DNA of 64,000 bases from Lytechinus pictus (lineage: Eukaryota), in the NCBI RefSeq assembly GCF_037042905.1, contig NC_087251.1:36582001-36646000 (forward strand). Reading direction: 5' to 3'. A model generated the notes under the pieces. That model worked only from the letters and a program-made list of their open reading frames with translations. It was not told the DNA's origin and searched no databases. The position numbers and the translations under genes are program-made. Positions 38,301 through 48,843 of this stretch are shown one piece after another. Positions within the stretch are counted from its first letter, which is position 1. Each line of letters starts with the position of its first letter.

Positions 38301-40883
38301 AACCAAAAGTTATTGCTATTCAGGACTGGATAAAGACCACCCAAATATATTATTGTAACCCCATTTTGTTTGACAAAAAACAGAGACGAAATGTCACTTA
38401 ATTCGGGAAGCTGTACAAAGGCAAATATATGGTTGTCCTAACAGCCAAATTGGAAAATTAAGGTATCTTCAGAGGATGATGACATGCTAGGTGAAGCGGT
38501 AGTATACCAATCGTATTAGGATATCCCTCATTCACAACATCGCTCTTTATTACACCCATATCTTTATCATGAGCTAATTATCAGGGGCGGCGTCAGGGTA
38601 TTTTGATAGGGAGAAGGGTATATAATAAGCCCGAAAAATGGGGGGAAATTTCCCCAAAATCCAATCAAATACTGGTTTAAAAGATTAAGGACATCTATGT
38701 TTCAAACCCTTCTTTCCTTTTCTTCCTCTTTTGTCATGATTTTGTCCACTTCTCGGGAAATCGCAGGGAGTGCCCCGGTCCGTACGTGTGGCGTTTCCCC
38801 TAGCCCCCATCAACAAATAGATGGATCCGGGCAGCGAATTGCTTTGAACTGACCATAATACTTGTCGATACGAACTTTGTAGCCATGCATGCCTTTAATT
38901 ATAGTTAGTACTAACTGGAAAACAGTACTTGGTATCAAGTTCAAATGCATAGTAGACCTCTGTATTCCTTGTTGTTATGGGCGGAAAGTCTCGAGCAAAC
39001 ATTTCGATTGTCTGGAAAATTCGCTTAATTTAACTTGCATAAAATTTGAAAATGTTCCGACGTGCACTTTCTTTGCAAGCCCTTCAGTTTTTGCTGACGA
39101 AAACTACAGTGCTTTAAACCTCAATTCATCTTGAAGGATAGAAAATGTTCACCAACGCTCCTACAAATTGGTATCGACAATCTCAGGATGATGCGCTATT
39201 ATCTTCCCGCAGAGAGACCATTACATTCTGACATTACTCCAGCTGAAATTTATAGGGTTGCATTATAGGCTCGTCCGTCGTTAATACAAAAGGGAATAGG
39301 GAAAATGAACATTTTTTTTTCTTCTGGATAAAGAGAGGTATGAAATAAAGTATCAAGCAGTCGTGGGAGAAAAAATGGGGACGGGCGATTTATTTTTGTT
39401 GGGGGGCAGCAGAACGAGGATTTACTCGAAAAGAGGGTCCATTTTTTTTCCTTGACAAGCAGCATAAAATGGTGTTAGAAGTATGATACAATGATTTAAC
39501 CAGAACAAAATCCTACTGTTTTTATATTTTTTTAGGGATGGGGCAGCCCCTTCCCTTGAACCGAATCAGAATGCTAGGGTGTGTCTCTGGATTGTTTAAT
39601 TTCAATCCAGTATATTAGAATGGATTATGACTATTTTGAAAGACGGGAAAAATAATCTAAGTGAAGGGAAAGTCATGATGTCCAAATGCAATTCTCAAAC
39701 ACACAATAAAATCACCTTGTTTTCACTAACATGATTAAAAACATAGACTATGATAGAAGAATTAAGCATCATCGTAACAGAAATATGAAATAAACATCCT
39801 CTCCAGCCTGTCTGCAAGCCATCCCAAATCACAATTTCCTATCAATCCCTTTAAACCCTCCCACATCTCGCTTGGGGTGTGTAGGGTTAATGAGATTCTC
39901 TACAGGCCTTCCATAAATGCAAACTACTTTGTTATTCCAAGACAATTAACTCTCTAAACACAGAAGGTCAACCCCCATACTCGGTACCATTGTTTATCCA
40001 CCAGTAGGGGGAAGCTGCCGGGGTCTATCACCACCCAGAAGGACGCTGCGGCTCATCATTGCATGGTGCTATCAATTCTTGTGTCAATCTTTCTAAAAAT
40101 GAGGAAATTATGATTGTAAAATAGAGACCCGATGGGCTCCGTCTTACGAAGAGTTGCGACACATTCAAAATCGAATTCAAAGTGCGACTGATCTATTTAC
40201 TATACAATATCAGATCAATTAAAATTTGAGTTTGTTATGAATATATCGAAACTCTTCGTATGATGGGACCATTTCATTAAAAAAATGTCACTGATCTTCG
40301 CAGACTACTTTTATAAGCTACAGAAATCCTTGCATCTGATTGGCTAAGAGTAAAATTGTTAATAAAAGTCAATGATTATTTGTATCATAAAACGCTCCCC
40401 ATGTCGGTTTGGGTGCAGCATTTTTATGGTAACTTTTAACTGCCGGTTCAAGAAGAGTGATTGAAATGGTATTCGGGCTTCCTAAACCCATGTTCAAAGC
40501 TGAATCCCTTCTTAATGTTAAGAGGGGGTTTCGGGGCACTTTTCAGAAAAAGGTCACTTATTAGAGAATATAGCAAGGGGTTTCTTCATGATTTTATTTT
40601 AAAATGTGATTGTTTAAGTGCTCGTTCATCCCGGAATGCCGTTTTCAACCTGTGCTAACCAGTTTAGAGTGGACTTGGGGCACATCTCAGAAAAATCCCT
40701 CAAATATCACTTTATATTAATTAGAGAAAATAACTTTGATAAACTTTTTCCCCCATTTGTTAGAAAATGAAAGATGGGAAAGTGCACCAGAAATGGTGAC
40801 GACCCTACTTTTTTTAAGGGGGTGGGGCGTGTCATATAATTTTTGCCTCTCTTGACGATGTTTTCTAGGTATGCCACTGGGTC

Positions 40884-41422
40884 AATCATCATCGTGACTA
40901 AGACATAATCATCATCACCAGCATAATCACTGTCATCATCACTACCATCATCAGCATCACCATTATCATCATCATAAATGGTTAAGCATAATTACTGTCA
41001 TCACTACTATCATCATCTTTATCGTCATCATCATCACTACCATCAACATCACAATCAACATTTTCACAACTGTCAATATCAGCATCACAGTCATCATCAT
41101 CATCATCACTGGGTGATTTCAAGTCCGGTGTTGGCATTGGTGTTGGAATTTGGATTGCTTCCCCAAGCTCCAAAATCTATTCTGAGTTTGTAAAACTGAT
41201 CCAGATCACATTATTGACATCTCAAAAACTAGTGAGTGACTTTTCAGGACCATCTTCATTTTATGTTTGGCGTTATACTCTTGTAAAAATTGACCAAACA
41301 CCAACCCAATAGGTCATCACTAAACTTGAAATCACTCACTGTCATGACCATCAGCATTACCATCATGACTGTCAATGACACTGACATCATTATCATCAAC
41401 ATCATCATCATCATCATCATCC
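40884..41422. repeat. Degenerate (CAT)n microsatellite, interrupted by a ~230-bp insertion
   Basis: catcatcat runs at ~40884-41109 and ~41341-41422 produce spurious His-rich and Asp-rich ORFs. Confidence 0.85.
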
Positions 41423-42004
41423 ATCAAATCAAATTTAGACCAATATACAAATCTCCAACATGACAACAAATTACTAGATCACAGGACTGAACAAGTGGCT
41501 TCTGTGATTTTGTTTTTCATATTCAATTAGCAATATTTTCAGTACAGGTGGGACACAGAATTTTGTAAATTCACTGGCCTGTAGTCTGAGGCTTGGTTGA
41601 AAGATCCAAGATTTTAGGAGCTAAATGTGAAACAAATCCCTCTCAGTAGAGTTGTTTATTCATTTTTTCATGAATAGTAAAAATGAAAATAATGAGTACA
41701 TTATTGAAGGCCTATCTGAACAATTGGTAAAGGTTCAATGATAAGAAATATAGTTATCTTTCATTTTAATATTCCCATCTTACAGAAGTAGTGGCTGTTA
41801 TATTGTTTCATCTATTGATTGTTTTACAATCTTTTTTAGAATTTAATTTTTATTGTATATGTTACTTTTAAATATTATATTTCAGATCACATCCTTCACC
41901 CAATTTGTGGTTTATGATCCGGATTTCAGTAGCTAATATTAACAAGAACTTGTAAATGCCTAGTGACAATAAGTTTCCTGTACACAGAAATCAGAAGATC
42001 TGGA

Positions 42005-42545
42005 TTTCATTTTCATTTCATTTTCATTTCGTTTATTTCCATTTTCAACAATTACAGTTTGTTTTGTACATTTTGACATATAAATAACAAAACATATTTC
42101 AAGTATCCCTGTACAAAAATTATATTCAAGATTATTACATATCAGGTTGGAAATGGAGGAGGCTGCTAAAAAGCGGAGCTTGTAGAGTGCAGCCTCCTAA
42201 TAAATATTCTTGTAGTTGCATAGCATATAAAAATCAAAATAACAACTTGAGCATGAACCAGTTAAATTAAAAGGAAATAGGGGAAATTAAAATAGAAAAG
42301 AAATAAGAAAAAGAGAGATTAAAGGTCTCCAGAATCCAGCCCCAGCACTCACAGACGGACCTCGCTGATCAACAGGAAAACGAAAGAGATGGAAAAGTGT
42401 ACGTGACATGATAATCACGTTTGATTTTTAAAAAATACAAGATTTTGAGTGATGAAGAGTTAAATTCAATGATTATCTTGGAGAAATTTGTTTAACTTAT
42501 ATTTGAAAGAATTAAGGCTTGGTGATTCTTTGATGTTATGATTTC
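42005..42545 (-). mobile_element. 3' end of a CR1/L2-type LINE
   Basis: The minus strand encodes HNIKESPSLNSFKYKLNKFLQDNH*, a typical ORF2 C-terminus. It is followed by a 3' UTR with a ggaggctgc...gcagcctcc stem and a (GAAAT)n-like tail. Confidence 0.7.
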
Positions 42546-42604
42546 ACATAGTGATATTCCTAATACTGAATTAATTTTCTGTTCCGACTATTCCTATTTA
42601 CCGT

Positions 42605-42952
42605 GGAAGCATCATGGTGTAGCAGTTCTGATTCTCGCCTTAAGATCAAAGGGTCGTGTGTTTGAACCCCGCGGCACCTAGCATCCTTTGGCAAGGCGTC
42701 AATCCACACTCCGCGACTCTCCATCCAGGTGTTAAATGGGTACCGGTAGGATGCGAAAGCCTATGTAGTATGCCTAGCTATTGAGTCTTGGAACTCTTGT
42801 TGGAATGCTCCCCAGGGAGTGGAGAATGTGCATATACTGTGTAGGGGCATGCAAAGGATCAGATGACCGGGGTAATAATATATCTGTAAAGCACTTAGAG
42901 ACATTGTTCTGATGTATTAAGCACTATATAAAAGCAGAGTATTATTATTATT
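42605..42952 (+). mobile_element. tRNA-derived SINE with LINE2-like 3' tail
   Basis: A-box-like tggtgtagcagtt, B-box-like gtttgaacc, central ccatccaggtgttaaatgggtaccggtagg domain, and tail tgtaaagcacttagagac...aagcactatataaa...(TAT)n. Confidence 0.8.
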
Positions 42953-43410
42953 GTACAACGCCTACTTAGCTTGTTGTACGCGAGCAAATGGGAGGCTGAA
43001 TGTCAAACATTCGTACCGTTGCACAAAAGACGTACCATCCAAAATGTACCGTTGCACGGCTTTAGGTGACGTCACAATACGATTTAATTCATTGCGCTCG
43101 GTAAAAATGAACAATACGCGTATAAGCCAGCTGGTTAAATGCACAAGGCTGCCCAAGGTCATGTGCGCTAGTGGGATTTCGCTTTCTGCTTTCGGTATTT
43201 TTGCTCCCTTTTCATAGATTACTATAGGGATAAACTCTTTGTTTTTTCATATTTTCGCTAAATTCCGAGGCGTTGTACAACACAAATAGCGAATATTCTT
43301 ATTCGTGCAAATGGTGCGAGATTTCGCATCACGCCTCATTGAATAGAGCATCTTTCTTTCACCTCATGCGAAATCTCGCACCATCGCACTCATGCCTATT
43401 CGCTATTTGT
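42951..43410. mobile_element. Two adjacent MITEs (42951-43280 with TIR ttgtacaacgcct; ~43283-43410 palindromic acaaatagcgaata...tattcgctatttgt)
   Basis: Inverted repeat pairs visible directly in the sequence. Confidence 0.65.
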
Positions 43411-43590
43411 ATATTATTCCTGAAATAGAAGAAACAGTGCACTAGCTTTATTTGCACTTATTTGCTGAATCCGTTATTTACTTCAATTGTCAGCTGGATT
43501 ATGTGAGCATGCCTCAATGTTCAGTTCACAGCATCATATAACAGTCTTCCTTATTTTGCAAATCCTCCATTCACAGTTGAAAATTTTGCA

Positions 43591-43674
43591 TCACGTTTCT
43601 TCTGAATTTGGGTTGAGTTTCTTCCTCCTGGCTGATTTGGGTGCAAGTAGTGTAGCTGTTCCAGTCATCACAAT
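43591..43674 (-). CDS. HTD2: HTD2-like dehydratase, terminal coding exon 4 (IVMTGTATLLAPKSARRKKLNPNSEET*)
   Basis: Acceptor ttctatttcag, phase 0, VMxGxA terminal strand, TGA stop. AATAAA on the minus strand at 43447-43452. Confidence 0.85.
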   Translation of the reverse strand: MVMTGTATLLAPKSARRKKLNPNSEET

Positions 43675-43949
43675 CTGAAATAGAATATTAAGAAATTAAT
43701 GAGTTAAGTCCAATGTAATTGTTGCATAATATTATCATTATTATTACCGTCATTGTCATTGTTTTTAATATTATTATTATTATCGGTTTTTTTTCGCTCG
43801 CAGTTTTTAGAAATTTTGCCCCATCCTCAACGTCTGGCCCCATCAAAATTTTTGGCTCATTACGCTACTGTCCAGTAGAATACATGCATATAGTAGCTGC
43901 CTTAAATAAATGGAATTATTATTGGCCTTTTACTTCTCATCACTACAAC

Positions 43950-44350
43950 CAGACCTGCCAACCTCTGGGAATGAAAAACTGTATTCTGTGATAAAAAAAA
44001 CTATTTTTCCCAAAAAAGAGTATTTCATAATAAAATGCGTGGCGCACTCGCTCATCGCGGCGCTCAAGCTGCATGCAAGCTAAAATGCGCACTGCTCTTG
44101 CAGATGAAAAAAAACAAAACATTGAAACATGTGTATATCTCATCCTGGTTTTAACAAAATGATTTTTTTTTTTAAAGTTACCTGAAATTACTTTGATCTA
44201 ATAATCATATTTGTGTAAGTTTTATGAAATAGAGACATATAGAGATGATTTTTTTCAATAAATTACGATTTTGTTCAAAAAAAAAATACTGCCGTATTTG
44301 GTTGCAAAAACGCACTAAATACGCCAAAAACGTACTGGTTGGCAGGTCTG
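43950..44350. mobile_element. hAT-like MITE with 6-bp target duplication, in HTD2 intron 3
   Basis: TACAAC|CAGACCTGCCAACC ... GGTTGGCAGGTCTG|TACAAC (14-bp perfect TIR). Confidence 0.88.
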
Positions 44351-44589
44351 TACAACCATGACTCTTTTATCTTTCTGACCCATAATTCCCATATCTACAT
44401 ATTCACTTTAATGTCCTATCCAATATAATCTCAAAATCACATCAGGGAAGCATTTCAGAAAGCAGACAATTGTTATAAGCTACCCCAATTCTTGCATCTG
44501 ATTGGCTCAGAGCAAATCAGTTAGTGGAAAATTAGTCACTGACTACTTGTTTCATGAAAGACTCCCCAGACATGTGTGTCACAGCCTAC

Positions 44590-44690
44590 CTCATCCCTTT
44601 CAGGAACTCGACAAGTGATGGCGCAATTCACTAATAAGCTCCTGACGTCTGTGATTTCCACCTCAGCGATGACCTCCTCACCAATGAATA
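44590..44690 (-). CDS. HTD2: HTD2-like dehydratase, coding exon 3 (LFIGEEVIAEVEITDVRSLLVNCAITCRVPERDE)
   Basis: Acceptor ttcattatag, donor GAG|GTAGGC, 101 nt, phase 1 to 0. Completes the PLFIGEEV hotdog-fold strand. Confidence 0.9.
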
Positions 44691-45285
44691 CTATAATGAA
44701 AACATGAAAAGTAACTTAGGACTAAGGACAATTCAAAAAATGAAAATATGCTACATTGCTACTTTAAATCAATTTTCTTATTTCATAAAACAATGAGAAA
44801 ATAAGAGCTTTGTGAAATACGTCACAGTTAAGTCTGTACTTCCCTCTATGTCCTTTCCCCTACATGTATTCCCTCATGTATACTTTGTAAAAAGAATTAT
44901 CATACATATTAGATTGGAAGCAAGATATTAAATGTTTATCTGAATTGAGTTTTACAGGAAGGTGAGTGGTCACAAATAAAAAGATCTGAAAAGCTGAAGA
45001 GTGTTGAAAAGTCTGAAAGAGCTCCCATACTTTTTGTACAGAGGAAAGCAAAAATAAGCTGAAATTAAGCTGAAAATCAAAACCAACAAAATCTGAACTC
45101 ACACCAAATTGCTTTTTAATGGTGAAGTGCCATTTCATGGCCGTACAGCAAGTCAAAAACAGCCTTTTAGCAATAAACTTGTGATATTTTGTACAAGGTA
45201 TCGAATGACATAAAATTGCTGTTGGCAACTCGCTGTGCGGGCATCGCAGGGGAAATGTGACTGCAGCATGAACAGTGTTACTCAC

Positions 45286-45368
45286 ATGGTTTTGGAAATT
45301 CAGTAGAATGAGATATGACAATGGTTCCAGGTCCAGGTAGTTTGGTTCCCATTACAGCAGATGCCAAA
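45286..45368 (-). CDS. HTD2: HTD2-like dehydratase, coding exon 2 (LASAVMGTKLPGPGTIVISHSTEFPKP)
   Basis: Acceptor gatcatag, donor T|GTGAGT, 83 nt, phase 2 to 1. GTKLPGPG is typical of MaoC/HTD2. Confidence 0.92.
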
Positions 45369-45433
45369 CTATGATCAAGAACAAGATAAGAGTGAGATTA
45401 ATTTCAGAAATTTAAGATGCGGCTCATCTTATT

Positions 45434-45853
45434 GGCCCAATTTCACAAAGATGGTTTTGAAAACTCATTGTTGAGTCCATGGTTTATGCACATTTCCTAT
45501 ATAAATTACGCTTATTTTACCACGTATATAAAAAAATGTCCAATGCTGATGGGTGCTTTTGTCCCAGTGTGCCTAATTGAAATCTGTTGCCGTAGTTATC
45601 CACGTTATTTTATTCACGAGTCCACTAGCTGTTTTGAATTAATGAGTCAACTCTCCAGTGGACTCATGAATAAAATAGCGTATCTAACCATGGTAACAGG
45701 CGTCAATTTGGTGCACTGTGACAAAAGCGCGCATCAGCATCGGATATTTTTTATACATGTGCCCAATACGCACTAAATTGAGCGTAAATTATACAGGAAA
45801 TCTGCATAAACCATGGATTCGATTCAACCGTGGGTTTTCAAAACCACCTTTGT
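45434..45853. mobile_element. Fold-back MITE in HTD2 intron 1
   Basis: acaaagatggttttgaaaactca...ccatggtttatgcacatttcctatataaattacgct is inverted relative to agcgtaaattatacaggaaatctgcataaaccatgg...gggttttcaaaaccacctttgt. Confidence 0.75.
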
Positions 45854-46059
45854 TCTATGGAAAACAACCCCACAAATGCTAATAACGTTACTCGTTAGAC
45901 AATGAAGTATCAGATAGAATTGACACAGATTTTTTTGTCAAGATCTAATCCCAACTTCTTTATTAAATTTGCACTATCAAAATTTCACAAATAATAAAAA
46001 TTATACGGCTGGCTAGCATCAGACTTGCTAGAGAGCATAAGACATAAATCGATCATTAC

Positions 46060-46316
46060 CCATTCAACAAAACTCCATGAACGACAGTCCTGCCAAATCT
46101 CGTCTTAGCAGCATATTCTTCATCGGTATGCAGAGGATTTGTGTCGCCCGAGAGTTCGGCGAAGAGACGCACCTCTTCTCCGCTAAACGTCCTGGAGAGA
46201 GCGGCTTTATCTCCCTTTTGAAACCACAGCAAGACACTTGATCCTGACGCGTACATTCTTGAAAACATGATACTGCATCTTTGGATAGATTTGAAAGGGT
46301 GGAGAAGATGAGACAT
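46060..46316 (-). CDS. HTD2: MaoC-like hydroxyacyl-thioester dehydratase type 2 (mitochondrial), coding exon 1
   Basis: GDKAALSRTFSGEEVRLFAELSGDTNPLHTDEEYAAKTRFGRTVVHGVLLNG contains the hydratase-2 motif SGDxNPLH...HG. The N-terminus is transit-peptide-like. Donor GG|GTAATG, phase 2. Confidence 0.9.
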
Positions 46317-47465
46317 GTTCCCTATAAAAGACTAAATTAACGCAGAAAACCTCAATTTAATCCGGCTCGAACTCAGATTGCAGACACAACTCGTTTCTGC
46401 GCAGACTGCCCTCTGTTGACTGATTCCGTGAATTCTAAGGGGAATTCCCGTTCCGACGCCGATCAATTATAATCAATGGTTGGAATGATGAGTTAATGTG
46501 AGAAATACAGAGATATGATAAACGAAGAGAGATTCCCACTAAATAAGTAGAAGAACGGCTTTTGTTTATGTGTGTAGATGGAAATGCCCCTGTGAAATTG
46601 CAAACAAAGATACTCGTACAGGGTACAGTCCATCATAAAGGAAAATGTTCGATATAGACTAGAGTTCTGATTGATATACTTGTGATGGAAACTAAGTTCA
46701 TGAAAACAAGGCGTCCAGAAATAAAGTGTGACTATAAAATGAATCTCGATTTAATAATAAAAGAAAATTGGGAAAATCAATTTTTATATATATTTTCTCA
46801 TTCTTGACGAAATTTAACCTTCAAAGGAAAATCAAATCTTTCAAATACTTATTTACAGGATATATGGATAAGTATTTCAACAACGAGAGATGTTTAGCGT
46901 CAGTATGAAGTAGAATTTTATAATTTGATATTGATTGCTATACCCAGAGACGATCAGCGAACTGTCACATACACTAAAAAAAGAATTAATCAACAAACAC
47001 AGAGAATATCCGGAATTTTGTTTAAAATAGATATATTCGTTGAGTCCATATAGATGGTTCACATAAATCGGAAAGATTGAATAGATTGAAAATAATTATT
47101 CAATTAGGTATGAATTGTTTAACTTGTAAAACGTATTGATGATGAAATTTTGAATTGATTAATTACTATATTCCACAAATTACTGACTAAAAATACTGAT
47201 TCATTAAACTCTAGTGACAATAAATATCAATTCAAAGAAAACAATAAATTTTTCCTTGTGTAGTTGCAAAATGAGTTGATAATGAAAATTAATCGTCATA
47301 TTTTTCTCAATTAAATTATAGGGACATTAGAAGATTTTAGTATAAATCATATTTATTTATTTTTTGCGAATGTGATTATATTAAAACGACATGTACGAAG
47401 GCAATCATGGTAAACCATTAACAAAACGACGAATGTCTACCCACAATAGCCCATTGTAATGCACT

Positions 47466-47504
47466 GGGGCGGAAACGAGCACACAATGGCGGGAAAATTT
47501 GAAT
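47466..47504 (+). promoter_or_regulatory. Candidate cell-cycle promoter: GC box plus composite E2F/CDE-CHR element
   Basis: GGGGCGG at 47466 and TGGCGGGAAAATTTGAAT at 47487-47504 (E2F GGCGGGAAA abutting CHR TTTGAA), in a locally CpG-rich patch. Confidence 0.5.
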
Positions 47505-48015
47505 AGCTGATGAGCAGAAGAGTTTGAATGGATTTTCCCAACTGGAATGCAAGTAGTGTCTTTGGCAATAACAATTTCCAACCTAAGCGCCACGCAGCAG
47601 AATCTAAACCGACGGCGAGGTGCTCTCAAATAAAACGGGACATCAGACAGATTTTATTTTCCTAAACTGCATATATGGTAGGAAAGGATTGAAACTTCAG
47701 AAGGTGATTTCAAACATTAGCAGTTTGCTGATAACCAGGTCAGTGAAATGATTTATCTTAATGTTCAAATAGGTATTTTCTTTAGGAACGTTTTAAAAAT
47801 GTCGCAAATAAACAGATGTTTACAAGGGTAGAGTACAATGAAGTCAGAGCATAAAAAAGTGTGTTTTTCGAGATTAACTGAAAGTTTACTTGTCAGTTCT
47901 TTACTTTATGGGGAAATTATGAGAAAAATCAAAAGAAAACAAACGTTTCTAACAAATTAGAGAGCCCCACCCTAGATATCAACCTATGAGTCATCTAGCA
48001 GAGTCTGTCCTAACT

Positions 48016-48272
48016 TCCCCTGCACCCCCTCTCCCTTTCCTCTATTCTTTTGCTTCTCTTTTTTTCTCTCTTAATTCCCCTCTTCATTCATTTCCCTCTC
48101 CACTTGCTGCTCTTTCTATCTCTCTTTCCCCTTCCTTTCATTTCTACCTTCGTTCCATATTTTACTTCTCTCTCTTTTCCCTTCCTTTCTTTCCTCTCTC
48201 CATTTCCCCTTTTCTCTTCCCTTCATTTCTTTCCCCTCTTCGTTTGCACCCTTTCCTCCTTTTTCTCTCTTC
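48016..48272. repeat. Polypyrimidine (C/T) low-complexity tract
   Basis: ~255 bp almost entirely C/T on the + strand; source of the F/L/S/P-rich and K/G/E/R-rich spurious ORFs. Confidence 0.9.
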
Positions 48273-48612
48273 GTCGGTAATAGGTACCGATATTTGTCGG
48301 TAATCAGGGCCTCCACCCCCCCCCCCCCGGAAAAGGCCTCGCGACGCCCTTGTCTGAAGTTGGTATATTTTCAACGAATAGTGGTCCAGTGGTCATTTCA
48401 TAACTTATATGCACATCGTGCTTTGTATGCAAATGAGGGAACAGATGACGTCACCCACTCATTATTTCTTTTACAATTATGAAATATTTAATTTCAGTCC
48501 TCATTGTAATGTGAAACAAGGTTTTATTCCTCCATAAACACGTGAAATTGAATTACCATCAATGCAACATAATGTGATTCAATGATTAGTTTCCTTATTG
48601 TTAAATCTGCAT

Positions 48613-48843
48613 CGGGGGGGGGGGGGCACATACATTGACGAGTGGATACCATGCGCGACCCAAAAAAAAAACACGTAAAAAGGATGTCTTTTTCAAGATA
48701 GGGCACGTTACAGTAACGTAACGTAATACTTGTTACGGGGTACTTTTTCAGAAAATGGAAATACTTGTTTAGGGTGCTTTTCGAGACCCCATGGTCGCGC
48801 ATGGTATCCACTCGTCTATGGACGTGCCCCCCCCCCCCCCGGG
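48613..48843. mobile_element. MITE with poly-G/poly-C-led TIRs
   Basis: c(G)n-cacatacattgacgagtggataccatgcgcgacc is inverted relative to ggtcgcgcatggtatccactcgtctatggacgtg-(C)n-ggg. Confidence 0.85.

Larger units (their letters stand above)
29265..38602 (+). repeat. Tandem segmental duplication, copy 2 (~9.3 kb)
   Basis: Starts gagaaccggaacagcag immediately after the end of copy 1 and ends atcaggggcggcgtcagggtatt. It differs by SNPs, indels and TE presence/absence. Confidence 0.95.

Noticed and set aside
38850..40095. Possible minus-strand exon remnants (acceptor-like sites near 39242 and 40092)
   Set aside because: All frames checked contain several stops and I recognise no protein family; too weak to call.
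40978..41193. His-rich (+) and Asp-rich (-) ORFs
   Set aside because: Translations of a (CAT)n microsatellite, with no splice or domain support.
47986..48374. Hydrophobic F/L/S/P and basic K/R/E/G ORFs
   Set aside because: Products of a polypyrimidine/polypurine tract.
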